A DNA stretch of 55,521 nucleotides from Bacteroidales bacterium. Lineage in GTDB: Bacteria; Bacteroidota; Bacteroidia; Bacteroidales; 4484-276. Where the stretch lies: assembly GCA_046542305.1 (NCBI GenBank), contig JBKHBQ010000001.1, positions 1 through 55,521 of the forward strand, given 5' to 3'. Below, in pieces: positions 46,476-55,521 of this stretch (positions are counted from its first letter, which is position 1; the number at the start of each line of letters is the position of its first letter). The position numbers and the translations under genes were made by a program. The notes beneath the pieces were generated by a model. It was not told the DNA's origin and made no database searches. It saw only the letters and a program-made list of their open reading frames with translations.

Positions 46476-47030
46476 ATGCTGCATTCCATCCGAAAGCATT
46501 ACTTCTACGCGGAAAACGCAATGCACATGGGCGCAATCAACAAGCATTTCACGGCGCTGGAGCTGGTTATCAGGCAGCCGTATCTGCTGAACAATGTTAT
46601 GGAATCCCACATATTTACCTTCAAAGTCTTTTCCAAAAAAAAATCTACATATCACCCACATGAAGGGCGACAGCCGAACCTTTGATTTTGCAGGTCTGAA
46701 CCGGAAATTCGACCTGATAGTTATCGATGGCGATCATCATTACGATTTCGTTAAAAAGCGGCACAAAGCGGGTGGTGCAAAACCTGGTTCACGATAAACC
46801 CATCATCGTGTGGTATGATTACGCCTTCAATCCGGAGAAAATCCGTTTCGGGGTGATGGCGGGATTCTGGACGGATTGATTGGGAAACGCATACCGGTAT
46901 TTATCATGTTTCCAATACGCTTACCGCAATTTAATGCCCGGATAAAAAACTTCAGGCCAAGCCGCTGGATGCACCCGTGGAACCGGATCACGAACTGGAA
47001 GTCAGCCTGAAATACACAAAGATCAGGTAG
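46476..47030 (+). pseudogene. Class I SAM-dependent methyltransferase-like gene broken by at least 4 frameshifts
   Basis: Family-like pieces occur in successive frames: ..VFSKKK | NLHITHMKGDSRTFDFAGLNRKFDLIVIDGDHHYDFVKK | TKRVVQNLVHDKPIIVWYDYAFNPEKIRFGVMAG | ILDGLIGKRIPV | YHVSNTLTAI | ..LQAKPLDAPVEPDHELEVSLKYTKIR. The first shift is at the A9 run 46635-46643. Confidence 0.55.
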
Positions 47031-47042
47031 AGAATTACAGGA

Positions 47043-48320
47043 TTATTTCTTTCCTGTAACTGTACGGATTATCGTTCTGAATTCTTCAACATCATGCTTT
47101 TGAGGCAGGAATACTTTCAGGCTAAGCCCGGATTCGGAAAGGAAGAAAATCATCACCACGATGGCCGTAAACGTGTACGAAATGCTGGTGGCCCATCCGG
47201 CGCCGGTCATACCCAAAGCAGGAATCATCAGCCAGAACAGCACAACGGATATCAGCAATCCGGCCAGTGAGGCCAGCGTATTTACGTGGTATTTTCCGGT
47301 TCCCGAAAAGTAATGGCCGCCGACCAGCGCGAAGCTGAAAAACAAAATTCCTGGCGCCTGCGAGCGTATCACGGTGGAAATCTCTCCGAAACCTTCACCA
47401 TAAATAAATACAAAAAATTGCGACGGAAGCAGCACCAGGATTCCCAGAAGGACAAAGCTGATGAAAAACGCAATCTTCGACAGCGAGATCGTCAGCCGGC
47501 GCGAATAATCCCTGTCGTCGGTATTGACAATGCTGGCATACTGCACCATGCTGATGCTACGGCTGATAAGCCAGACGGATTCCACGATGGAAATGGCGTT
47601 GGAATACACGCCCACCTCGGCTTCAGAATACAACTGGTTGAGCCAGTAGTAGCTCATCCTGAAGCTGAGCAACTGAAAAATATGCGCCAGTTGATTAAGC
47701 ACGCCATACCTCGCGAGTTTTGAGATCACACCGAAATAGCTGCCAATGCCGTGCAGGCTATATTTGCCTGTAAATTTTTTAAGGTAAAACAGGCTTAAAA
47801 AAAATGAACCCCCAAAGGCAATGTATAGCGATAAGAGGTAGGATTGAATGGTGGCCTGCCCCATCACAAAAAAGAACAACGCCAACGAAGCTGCGATAAG
47901 GAACGGCTGCAATAAAGACACCATGTTGGCCGAAGCAATTTTTTCCTTCCCGATCAGGATGGAAGAATTGATGGCAGCAAAGCCGCTGATAACCGAAAGC
48001 AGGCAGATATGGAGGATGAATTGCGGTTGGACAAGGCCGGTAAAATGAAGCACGGCATAAAACACCAGTCCGGTAAACAAGGTCCAGAGATACGCCGGAA
48101 CCAGGATCAACGACCAGGCAAATCGCGGCACCAGGTACACGATGGTGGCCCCGCCCATCAGGTTGGCAAAAACCAGCACATAGGCGATGGTGGCAATAAT
48201 CAGCCCCTGCTGGCCCTTTCCTTCAGGACCCAGAAACCTGGAGATCACGATGGTGATCAGCAGGTTGATGACAGCCGATAGCAGCCGCGTACCGAAGGTG
48301 TTAAGTATTTTTTTTACCAA
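47043..48320 (-). CDS. Polysaccharide flippase (Wzx-like, MOP superfamily)
   Basis: 425 aa with about 12 TM segments. The N-terminus (L)VKKILNTFGTRLLSAVINLLITIVISRFLGPEGKG is typical of oligosaccharide flippases. It has a TTG start. Confidence 0.8.
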   Translation of the reverse strand: MVKKILNTFGTRLLSAVINLLITIVISRFLGPEGKGQQGLIIATIAYVLVFANLMGGATIVYLVPRFAWSLILVPAYLWTLFTGLVFYAVLHFTGLVQPQFILHICLLSVISGFAAINSSILIGKEKIASANMVSLLQPFLIAASLALFFFVMGQATIQSYLLSLYIAFGGSFFLSLFYLKKFTGKYSLHGIGSYFGVISKLARYGVLNQLAHIFQLLSFRMSYYWLNQLYSEAEVGVYSNAISIVESVWLISRSISMVQYASIVNTDDRDYSRRLTISLSKIAFFISFVLLGILVLLPSQFFVFIYGEGFGEISTVIRSQAPGILFFSFALVGGHYFSGTGKYHVNTLASLAGLLISVVLFWLMIPALGMTGAGWATSISYTFTAIVVMIFFLSESGLSLKVFLPQKHDVEEFRTIIRTVTGKK

Positions 48321-48391
48321 GAAAAGAAGATAATAGTTATTCGTTAATCGATAATCGTTATTCCGTGCCTGCTACACGCAGTCAGGCAGGG

Positions 48392-49585
48392 TTATTTATT
48401 CTTCGTTACATCGCGGTAAACGCGGAAGAGTGATTCGCCGATGACTTTGTTGCTGAAATGATCCACGGCATATTTGCGGATTACATTCATTTTGTAGTCG
48501 TCGAGTTGATCGAGCACTTCATCCAGTGTAAATAAAAATTCCTCCTCATTTCCGGGTTCGGTGAGCCTGCCGAGATCGCGGTTCAGGTGCTCATGAATAC
48601 CCCCTACCCGCGTGGAAACAACCGGCACGCCGCAGGCATAGCTCTCGAGAATCACCACCGGCAGGTTTTCGTAATTGCTGAACATAATCATCAGGTCGGC
48701 GTTTCGAAGCAGTTCCACCAGTTCCTCATTTTCTTTCAGACCGGCAAAAGTCACCACTGTATCTGTAAGGCCGTAGTTATCCGATATTGCCTTCATCTCA
48801 TCAAAATCCTCGCCGTCGCCAATCAGGATCAACCTGAAATCATCGCGCTTGTCGCTGAGTTGGTTCATCACCCTGAGGATGCCCGAAATGTTTTTCTGCT
48901 TGTCGGTAAAGCAGGAAAGATGTACCAGGATCTTTTTTCCGTTCTTCTTCACTCCTTCAGCCGGTTGAAACTTTTCGGTATCCACCACATTGGGAATCAC
49001 CACATAGTTGTCGTTTTTCAGTTTATTGTCGATCATGGCATCGCGCAGGTTGGCCGTCACCGGCATCACCGCCGCCGCATGCTTTACCACGAGGCGGGTC
49101 ATCAATTTGCGAAGCGTGCCATGATAGGTGTCGGTTGTGGGCAGATACCTGGTCCAGTGTTCGGTGATGACGTAGGGCACGCCCCTGAAGATTCTATTGA
49201 TCAGCGCAACCACTCCCAGGCGTGTCAGCACATGCACATGCACCAGGTCGGCCCGGCGCCGCGTTTTCCTGATCATCCTGAAGCCTTTTCGGTGGCTTAT
49301 AAAGTAACGGTACAGGTTAATCAGATTGGCCAGGAAAGAGGGTTTTGCTAAAGATTTTCTGAAGTAGATCCGTATGGTAAACAAGCCGTCATCGGAAACC
49401 TGAACGTCGTAAGTTTTATCTGTGAGCCGGTCGTCGGCATGCACATACAGCACCGAAACATCGGCGTGCGGGAGTACCGAAAGCCCGTGCCTTTCGATGA
49501 AAAGCCCCATCATCGGATCGTAACGATGCGGGTACCATCTCGGTAAGTATAGCACATGCAAACGGTTGGGTTCTGATTTTTTCAT
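48392..49585 (-). CDS. Glycosyltransferase family 4
   Basis: 397 aa with a C-terminal GT1/GT4 motif (FSNYENLPVVILESYACGVPVVSTRVGGIHE). Confidence 0.85.
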   Translation of the reverse strand: MKKSEPNRLHVLYLPRWYPHRYDPMMGLFIERHGLSVLPHADVSVLYVHADDRLTDKTYDVQVSDDGLFTIRIYFRKSLAKPSFLANLINLYRYFISHRKGFRMIRKTRRRADLVHVHVLTRLGVVALINRIFRGVPYVITEHWTRYLPTTDTYHGTLRKLMTRLVVKHAAAVMPVTANLRDAMIDNKLKNDNYVVIPNVVDTEKFQPAEGVKKNGKKILVHLSCFTDKQKNISGILRVMNQLSDKRDDFRLILIGDGEDFDEMKAISDNYGLTDTVVTFAGLKENEELVELLRNADLMIMFSNYENLPVVILESYACGVPVVSTRVGGIHEHLNRDLGRLTEPGNEEEFLFTLDEVLDQLDDYKMNVIRKYAVDHFSNKVIGESLFRVYRDVTKNK

Positions 49586-49612
49586 CTTCTTTTTAACGCT
49601 GATTCTAAATAT

Positions 49613-50149
49613 TTATTTAAGATTTCTTACTGCCGGCAACTCATTCAGTGCCTGCAGGGCATTCCTGAACCTTTCTTCCCCGGTACCGCCGATGATCCGG
49701 TAATTCAATTTGCGCTGCTCCAGCTCTTTGATATACAGATCCATCAGATAGCGCCGTTTTTCAGGATGTTCGCGCAGCGGATCGAATTCCCACGGCAGGT
49801 CGATATCCATCAGTAAGTATAGCCGGAAATCCTGCTTGTTGAGTTCTTCTTCTATCCAGGGATGGCAGCGACCGTACTTCACATCGCACCAGATTTTTGT
49901 GACCAGCAATTCGGTATCGGAAAACAGCAGGCGGTTGGCAATGGATTCGAATACCTTAGCTGATGCCTTTTGCCCGCGGGCAATCTCCAGAATGTCGTCG
50001 TAGTTGTAATCACGTCCGATCCGGAGCAGGTAAACGCGGGCATATTCCGGAACCCACACCGTTTGGAAATAATTGGCAAGCTGCTGTGCCATCATCGATT
50101 TCCCGGTGGATTCGGGTCCCGTGACCGCTATTTTAATCAATTCCTGCAT
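49613..50149 (-). CDS. AAA-type ATPase similar to the NadR ribosylnicotinamide kinase domain
   Basis: 178 aa with the Walker A motif GPESTGKS. The pattern MAQQLANYFQTVWVPEYAR matches the NadR C-terminal kinase. It overlaps the pnuC end by 17 nt. Confidence 0.7.
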   Translation of the reverse strand: MQELIKIAVTGPESTGKSMMAQQLANYFQTVWVPEYARVYLLRIGRDYNYDDILEIARGQKASAKVFESIANRLLFSDTELLVTKIWCDVKYGRCHPWIEEELNKQDFRLYLLMDIDLPWEFDPLREHPEKRRYLMDLYIKELEQRKLNYRIIGGTGEERFRNALQALNELPAVRNLK

Positions 50150-50759
50150 CCTTTTGCAATTTTATCCTGTGGCGCCATTCCATGTATCCCAATATGGCAA
50201 GGATCAAAAATACCAGAAACTGAAAACTCGTCAATACCAAACCCTTATAAAAATACAACGGGATGGAAACCAAATCCCCCACGATCCAGTAAATCCAGTT
50301 TTCAATTCTTTTCAATGCCATCAGCCACATACCAACGATAAAAATGGCAGTGGTGGCCGCATCCCAGTTAGGAACGGTGCTGTCGGTATAGTTGCTCAGT
50401 ACATGCCGCAGCAGAAAAAAGAATGCTATCGAGGCAAGCACTGCATACACCTGCATTTGCGGACTGTTCCATTTAATAGGGATGTAATTATCCTGCCGGT
50501 CTTTGCGCGTCCATTTGTACCAGCCGTAAACGCTCATGATAAAATAAAAGAAATTGATGCCCATGTCAGCATACAATCCTGCAAAAAAGCAGATGTACAC
50601 GTAGATGAGCACGGAGATGATGCCGGTGGGATAGACCAGGATATTTTCTTTTTTGGCATACCAAACGCTGAGCAGCCCGAAGAAAACGGCAATGGCTTCC
50701 AGCCAGGTGGTGTTAAGTACGTTCTGGTAAAAAACCTCGAAAAATTCGTTGAACTGCAT
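50133..50759 (-). CDS. pnuC: PnuC-family nicotinamide riboside (vitamin) transporter
   Basis: 208 aa with 7 TM segments. Motifs resemble WLEAIAVFFGLLSVWYAKKENI and WIYWIVGDLVSIPLYFYKGL. Confidence 0.85.
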   Translation of the reverse strand: MQFNEFFEVFYQNVLNTTWLEAIAVFFGLLSVWYAKKENILVYPTGIISVLIYVYICFFAGLYADMGINFFYFIMSVYGWYKWTRKDRQDNYIPIKWNSPQMQVYAVLASIAFFFLLRHVLSNYTDSTVPNWDAATTAIFIVGMWLMALKRIENWIYWIVGDLVSIPLYFYKGLVLTSFQFLVFLILAILGYMEWRHRIKLQKDAGID

Positions 50760-50763
50760 CCGT

Positions 50764-51018
50764 TTATCTCAGGTCGGCATTAATGATTTTCATCACGAAA
50801 ATCGAATGAGGCAGCTCAAAGGCTTCATGGATTTCATCGGTCAGCGCCCGCATCACATCGAAATATTCTCCAAACACCTGCGTGCTCATGGTGTTGGTGC
50901 GGACAATGAGGTTTTCGTAGCTGTTGAGCCGTTTGATAAACTGTTTGATCGGCTCGATGTATTCAACTTTCAGCGGATAATAACTGATCTCCACCGAAAC
51001 TTTTGTTGATTTCTTCAT
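50764..51018 (-). CDS. DUF77 / MTH1187-YkoF-like small protein (thiamine-binding-protein fold family)
   Basis: 84 aa from ATG 51018: VSVEISYYPLKVEYIEPIKQFIKRL....MSTQVFGEYFDVMRAL. The longer track ORF (to 51237) runs antisense through the tRNA and is rejected. Confidence 0.5.
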   Translation of the reverse strand: MKKSTKVSVEISYYPLKVEYIEPIKQFIKRLNSYENLIVRTNTMSTQVFGEYFDVMRALTDEIHEAFELPHSIFVMKIINADLR

Positions 51019-51059
51019 AATGCCGTTGCAAAGGTTAATGATTTTTGGATCACAAACGA

Positions 51060-51067
51060 CAAAAATA
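51060..51067 (-). promoter_or_regulatory. -7 promoter element (TATTTTTG) for the DUF77-pnuC-kinase operon
   Basis: The minus strand reads TATTTTTG, 41 nt upstream of ATG 51018. Confidence 0.35.
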
Positions 51068-51162
51068 GTGTTTTCGGCGTCATCCGCAACAAATAAATAA
51101 AGCGCATTCGGCCTATGGGTTAAATTATTTTTGGTAATTTTGCACCCGGAAATTAAAAAACC

Positions 51163-51236
51163 GGTCCAGTAGCTCAGTTGGATAGAGCAGCAGCCTTCTA
51201 AGCTGCGGGTCGTGGGTTCGAATCCCGCCTGGATCA
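51163..51236 (+). tRNA. tRNA-Arg (anticodon TCT)
   Basis: A 74-nt cloverleaf. The acceptor is GGTCCAG/CTGGATC (one G-U) and the D-arm is AGCTCAGTTGGATAGAGC. The anticodon stem GCAGC/GCTGC carries the loop CTTCTAA. The T-arm is GTGGGTTCGAATCCCGC and the discriminator is A. Confidence 0.9.
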
Positions 51237-51242
51237 CGCAAG

Positions 51243-51274
51243 GGGTTACCGCTTAGCGGTGATCCTTTTTTTTT
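51243..51274 (+). terminator. Intrinsic terminator after tRNA-Arg
   Basis: A 10-bp stem, GGGTTACCGC-TTA-GCGGTGATCC (two G-U), followed by T9. Confidence 0.75.
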
Positions 51275-51404
51275 GCTTTCCAAACTGCCGGAAACGTGCA
51301 ACTGTTCTTTCTGCTGTCAATTATTTTGACAAATCCCATATAACTGAACCTAATCCGCCCCATCATTGTTTCATAAACAGAATCTTCACATAAACCAATT
51401 CAAC

Positions 51405-52598
51405 ATGAAAACAACAATACACACACCAACCTGCGGCCTCGGCAGAATCCTGCTGCTGCTCATTATTCCGCTCATTCTGCCGCTTACCGCCTGTAATCAA
51501 AACGGGGATTCAGAAGCCAATTGCATGTACATCGACGATGGGTTTGGCCCCGATGGTGAAGTCCCTGTCCGAGCCGAAACCGTGGTTTCAGGACTTGAAG
51601 TTCCGTGGGGGATTGCATTTCTTCCGGACGGGGATATGCTGGTGACCGAACGCCCGGGCAGGTTGCGCCTGGTGAAGGATTATCAGGAAAGCCCACAACT
51701 TACTGAAGGATCGCTTTTGGGAGTGTCGCCGCCATCAACCTCCGAGGGCGGACTGCTTGGCATTGCAATCCATCCGGATTTTGAAGAAAACAACCTGTTT
51801 TACCTCTACCTGACGGTGGATAATGAGGGTGAAATGATGAACCAGGTGGAACAATGGCGGCTGAGTGATGACCGTACCTCGGCCGACCGTGTAAAAGTAA
51901 TCTTCGATGGCATTGCCGCTGCCAGCAACCATAACGGAGGCCGTATTGCTTTCGGCCCCGACGGCATGCTGTACGTGGGTACCGGCGATGCATCCATTCC
52001 GGAAAACAGTCAGGACCCCGGAAACCCAAACGGCAAACTGTTGAGGCTGACACCTGAGGGAGAAATACCCGCTGATAATCCCAGAGACCAAAATCCGCTT
52101 TGGATCATGGGCATACGCAATACCCAGGGCTGGGACTGGCCTGATCCGAATGATGCCGCAACAGTGTGGCTTGTTGATCATGGCCCGAGTGGCGAAATGA
52201 TGCGCTTTGGCCATGACGAGGTGAATGTGGTTTCCATGGACCAGAACCTTGGCTGGCCGGACATTTATGGTTGCGAGGATAAACAGGGCATGGTTCCGCC
52301 GGTTATCACCTGGAAGGATGCCGTACCACCCGGAGGCGCCGCCATTTATACAGGTGAGGCAATTCCTGAATGGAAAGGAAACCTGATCGTCGCCACTCTG
52401 GGATCGAAGCATCTGCACCGCGTGGTGATCCGGAATGCCTCAGTGGTTAACCACGAAGTGTATTTTCGCAATGAACTCGGGCGTCTTCGCGAAGTGATCA
52501 TGGGCCCCGACGGAAATCTCTACGTAACCACAAGCAATTGCGACGGGCGCGGCGACTGCCCAGAAGAGGGCGATAAAATCCTGCGCATCACCAAATGA
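51405..52598 (+). CDS. PQQ-dependent sugar dehydrogenase (soluble glucose/sorbosone dehydrogenase family), lipoprotein
   Basis: From ATG 51405 the signal and lipobox read LILPLTAC. Motifs include PWGIAFLPDG..LVTERPGRL, GLLGIAIHPDF, HNGGRIAFGPDG.LY...GD and GIRN.QG. Confidence 0.85.
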   Translation: MKTTIHTPTCGLGRILLLLIIPLILPLTACNQNGDSEANCMYIDDGFGPDGEVPVRAETVVSGLEVPWGIAFLPDGDMLVTERPGRLRLVKDYQESPQLTEGSLLGVSPPSTSEGGLLGIAIHPDFEENNLFYLYLTVDNEGEMMNQVEQWRLSDDRTSADRVKVIFDGIAAASNHNGGRIAFGPDGMLYVGTGDASIPENSQDPGNPNGKLLRLTPEGEIPADNPRDQNPLWIMGIRNTQGWDWPDPNDAATVWLVDHGPSGEMMRFGHDEVNVVSMDQNLGWPDIYGCEDKQGMVPPVITWKDAVPPGGAAIYTGEAIPEWKGNLIVATLGSKHLHRVVIRNASVVNHEVYFRNELGRLREVIMGPDGNLYVTTSNCDGRGDCPEEGDKILRITK

Positions 52599-52620
52599 TC
52601 ACAAGAAATTTCATTCGCCT

Positions 52621-53082
52621 TTATTGGCGCTCCATGTATTCCCTGAGTTTATTCCGCAGATCGGCATCTTCATGCACCGCCATCATAATTTCCATGTAAC
52701 GATCCATCGTTAAACCTTCCTTTCTGACCATTTTCATAATTTTCATCCTGGCGTCCGTCTGGATATCATCCCACAGGGCCAGGGTTTCGCGGTACAAATC
52801 CAGTTCGGCCTCGGTGGCGTAGTCCTTGTCGCCGGGAGCAGTCTGCGACTGATGAATGCGGTGAAACTTCTCCATGTCGAGCCACTTTTTGTCCACGGCA
52901 TTTACCATATCCACCTGTGCCTGATGCTCGATGTTCTGAACTTTGGGCAATAATCCGGCATAGCTTTTCAGTTCATCATCAGAGACGGGTTCGACCACGT
53001 TCATCTGGGCGAATGCACCGCAAGTTGCGACCAGTAAAGAAATCAGCAATGGTAAAATTCTTTTAAGTTTAAGCATAATCAT
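52621..53082 (-). CDS. Secreted helical protein, DUF4168-like (tentative)
   Basis: 153 aa with a signal peptide. Two helical repeats begin with SDDELKSY.. and ..TEAELDLY. Confidence 0.4.
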   Translation of the reverse strand: MIMLKLKRILPLLISLLVATCGAFAQMNVVEPVSDDELKSYAGLLPKVQNIEHQAQVDMVNAVDKKWLDMEKFHRIHQSQTAPGDKDYATEAELDLYRETLALWDDIQTDARMKIMKMVRKEGLTMDRYMEIMMAVHEDADLRNKLREYMERQ

Positions 53083-53259
53083 TGGTTGTTTTGTGTTTAT
53101 ATGTTATTAACGGATCAGGTATTACCGATGTTCAAATTCAATCTCTGCCTGTTTTGTGATTGTCATTTTTTGGAAACATTCTAAAGCGCTGAATATGTAA
53201 CTTCGCAGCGTTTACCAAACAATACGTCTTCTGGTTACAAACTAAAAAAGAAAAGGAAA

Positions 53260-54837
53260 GTGAAAGCAAACGTTTCGTTACTGCTTGTAATTTGCCTGCT
53301 GGCAATAAGCAGCTTTGCCCAAAAGGATGCGGTGGTTAAAAAGATCATCGAAACCGGAACCACCGATAACCGCACCATGGATCACCTGGATGTGCTTTGC
53401 AACCGCTTTGGCGGCCGGTTGATCGGCTCAGACGCATATGAAAATGCTGCCGAATGGGCAGCCACCAAATTCAGGGAATGGGGCATGGAAGTGATTATGG
53501 ATGAAGTTGGCGAACTGCCGGTGGGTTTCAACCGCGGGCCATGGTTTGGCAGGATGCTGTCGGATGAAGGCATGTCCCTGCATTTTGCCACACCCTCTTA
53601 CACCTCGGGAACCAAAGGCGTACAGCGCGGCCATGTACTGATAGAACCAAAAACGCAGGAAGAGTTCGAGCGGATGAAAAGAGCGCTGAAGGGTGCGTGG
53701 GTATTGATTTCAGGAGAAAACAACGGCTGGCCAATTGATTATTCCGCTCGCGGCGACAGCATCCGCGATTTCATCCAACAAGAGAACATAAGAATCAGCG
53801 GAGAAAATCGCCAGATCCACCGTGAGAACAGGGAAAACCAGGGCACCGACAAACCGCAGCGCGAAATGATCCCGCTCATCGAAGAACCGGCCTTATTTTA
53901 CAGGGAGATGGTGGATGCCGGAATCCTCGGAATCATCCAGTCATCAAAAGTACCGATCCAGGCCCTTTACGACCGCAAAAATATCGATGACATGACTTTT
54001 GAAACGCTGCCCACGATACCCGATATCAAACTCGATCAGCACCAGTACGTCATCATTAAACAAATGGCTGAAGAGCGACGTTATTTCCAACTCGAATTTG
54101 ATATCCGCAACCATTTCAAACTGGGTCCTGTAAAATACCACAACGTGATCGGCGTGATCCCCGGCACCAAATATCCCGACGAATATGTGATTATCAGCGG
54201 GCACCTGGATGCCTACGATGTAGCCACAGGCGGGGTGGACGACGGCTCCGGAGTTACACCCGCCATGGAAGCCGCACGCCTGATCATGGAAGCCGGCGGC
54301 AAACCCAAACGAACCATCCTGGTCATGCTTTTTGCGGGCGAGGAATTCGGGCTGCTTGGATCGCAAAGCTGGGTAGACCGCAATCCTGAAAAACTTTCAA
54401 ACATTGCCAACATGATCAACCGCGACGGCGGACCCACCGTCCCCACCGGGATCAGCGTTCCTGCATCATGGATGAAGGAAATGAAAAAAATCTGCGAACC
54501 CATCAGCGACATCGATCCGAGGTTTCCGTTCACTGTAAAAGAACACGAGCCACGCAAAAAACCCGAGGTAGCCTGGGGCACCGACAGCGGACCCTTTGCC
54601 GTGGCAGGCGTCCCCACGCTCGGCTTTTATACCGGCGATCCGCTGGGATTCAATTTCAGCTACCGCGAAATCTGGCACACCGAACGCGACCTTTACAACA
54701 AAAGCATCCCGGTTTACCAGGAACATACATCCATTGTTACAGCCATCGTAACCTATGGCATCGCCAACCTGAAACATCTGCTGCCTCGCGATGGAGTGTA
54801 TCTTGATGAAATGGAAGTAAGTGACGGGGATGACTAA
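53260..54837 (+). CDS. M28 family metallopeptidase (aminopeptidase)
   Basis: 525 aa with a GTG start and a signal peptide. Zinc-ligand contexts are ISGHLDAYDV..GGVDDGSG and FAGEEFGLLGS. Confidence 0.85.
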   Translation: MKANVSLLLVICLLAISSFAQKDAVVKKIIETGTTDNRTMDHLDVLCNRFGGRLIGSDAYENAAEWAATKFREWGMEVIMDEVGELPVGFNRGPWFGRMLSDEGMSLHFATPSYTSGTKGVQRGHVLIEPKTQEEFERMKRALKGAWVLISGENNGWPIDYSARGDSIRDFIQQENIRISGENRQIHRENRENQGTDKPQREMIPLIEEPALFYREMVDAGILGIIQSSKVPIQALYDRKNIDDMTFETLPTIPDIKLDQHQYVIIKQMAEERRYFQLEFDIRNHFKLGPVKYHNVIGVIPGTKYPDEYVIISGHLDAYDVATGGVDDGSGVTPAMEAARLIMEAGGKPKRTILVMLFAGEEFGLLGSQSWVDRNPEKLSNIANMINRDGGPTVPTGISVPASWMKEMKKICEPISDIDPRFPFTVKEHEPRKKPEVAWGTDSGPFAVAGVPTLGFYTGDPLGFNFSYREIWHTERDLYNKSIPVYQEHTSIVTAIVTYGIANLKHLLPRDGVYLDEMEVSDGDD

Positions 54838-54918
54838 AGCCCATTGATCCGGTAGGCACAGCAGGTTTGAACATTTCCGCGTTTTATTCCTACTTTCGCA
54901 TTTCCAAATTCAATTGTA

Positions 54919-55521
54919 TTGAAAACAGCGATCGTATCGGTGATCAACGACCTGGTGACTGACCAGCGGGTGAATAAAACCTGCAACGCATTAATGGATC
55001 TGGGTTTCGACGTGCTGCTGATTGGAAGGGTAAAACGCGACAGCCCTCCCCTGCCCCGCCGCAGCTACCGGATGCACCGCATGAAGCTGCTATTCGAAAA
55101 AGGGCCGCTGTTTTACGCCGAATACAACATCCGGCTGTTTTTCCTGCTGCTGTTTCGCAAGGCGGATCTGCTGTTTTCGAACGACCTCGATACGCTGCTG
55201 CCTAATTTTCTGGTGTCAAAAATTAAAGGCACCGCTTTGATTTACGATAGTCATGAATATTTTACAGAAACCCCAGAACTGGTCAACCGCAGGGGCGTAC
55301 AACGCATCTGGAAAGCCATCGAGGGATGGATATTTCCTCAACTAAAAGATGTCATCACCGTAAACGAAAGCATAGCAAGGCTGTTTGAGGAGAAATACCA
55401 AAAGGAAGTCCACGTGGTGCGTAACATTCCGCCGTTGCCCAGGCCAACAAAAGTTAAATCCCGAAAAGAACTCGGCATGCCCGAAAACCGGCCGGTGATC
55501 CTGCTGCAGGGAGCAGGCATC
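54919..55521 (+). CDS. Glycosyltransferase (GT4-like N-terminal domain); 3' end lies outside the window
   Basis: It is open from TTG 54919 to the window edge. It starts (L)[36 protein letters not shown] and continues ...[10 protein letters not shown]...VITVNESIA. It is absent from the ORF track. Confidence 0.7.
   Translation, partial: MKTAIVSVINDLVTDQRVNKTCNALMDLGFDVLLIGRVKRDSPPLPRRSYRMHRMKLLFEKGPLFYAEYNIRLFFLLLFRKADLLFSNDLDTLLPNFLVSKIKGTALIYDSHEYFTETPELVNRRGVQRIWKAIEGWIFPQLKDVITVNESIARLFEEKYQKEVHVVRNIPPLPRPTKVKSRKELGMPENRPVILLQGAGI

Noticed and set aside
50764-51237. 157-aa ORF extending through the tRNA-Arg locus
   Set aside because: Its upstream half is antisense to a well-formed tRNA and to a promoter motif. 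Only the last 84 codons, from ATG 51018, look like a real DUF77-like protein.
51163-52600. Genomic island or integrative element at tRNA-Arg
   Set aside because: No integrase, recombinase or excisionase-like ORF lies on either side. I noticed no direct repeat of the tRNA 3' end by eye. The flanking genes are ordinary metabolic genes.

Overview
This 55.5-kb chromosomal segment reads as Bacteroidota. Evidence: a T9SS C-terminal sorting domain, a 288-aa primary sigma factor, a Rho with a long disordered N-terminal insertion, an rpmG-DUF4295-ftsY-rimO cluster, DUF4293, and TAnnTTTG -7 promoter motifs 6-65 nt upstream of many ATGs. I call about 52 intact protein genes, 3 frameshifted or decayed genes and one tRNA-Arg(TCT). 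I saw no rRNA, CRISPR array, integrase, transposase or phage genes. Most content is housekeeping: rho, rpoD, ftsY, rimO, rlmI, dus, dapF, mltG, ychF, htrA, rmuC, punA-like and rpmG. It also holds a DmsABC-type molybdoenzyme operon, two divergent split-transketolase gene pairs, a PnuC/NadR-like vitamin salvage module and fragments of a polysaccharide locus (flippase plus glycosyltransferases). I did not find a clear-cut new defence or mobile system. The best candidates for uncharacterised biology are: (1) a five-gene operon of ECF sigma, atypical anti-sigma and three secreted beta-repeat 'putative adhesin' proteins (28369-32270); (2) a secreted vWA protein gene wedged, with translational coupling, between the two halves of a split transketolase (40382-43640); (3) a roughly 230-nt structured, GC-hairpin-containing leader in front of the second, foreign-looking transketolase pair (7152-7392); (4) an orphan strong intrinsic terminator in front of a small membrane protein gene (12520-12556); (5) heptamer and nonamer tandem repeat arrays filling the dmsB-dmsC spacer (1421-1535). 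All family assignments come from reading translations by eye. No database search was run.
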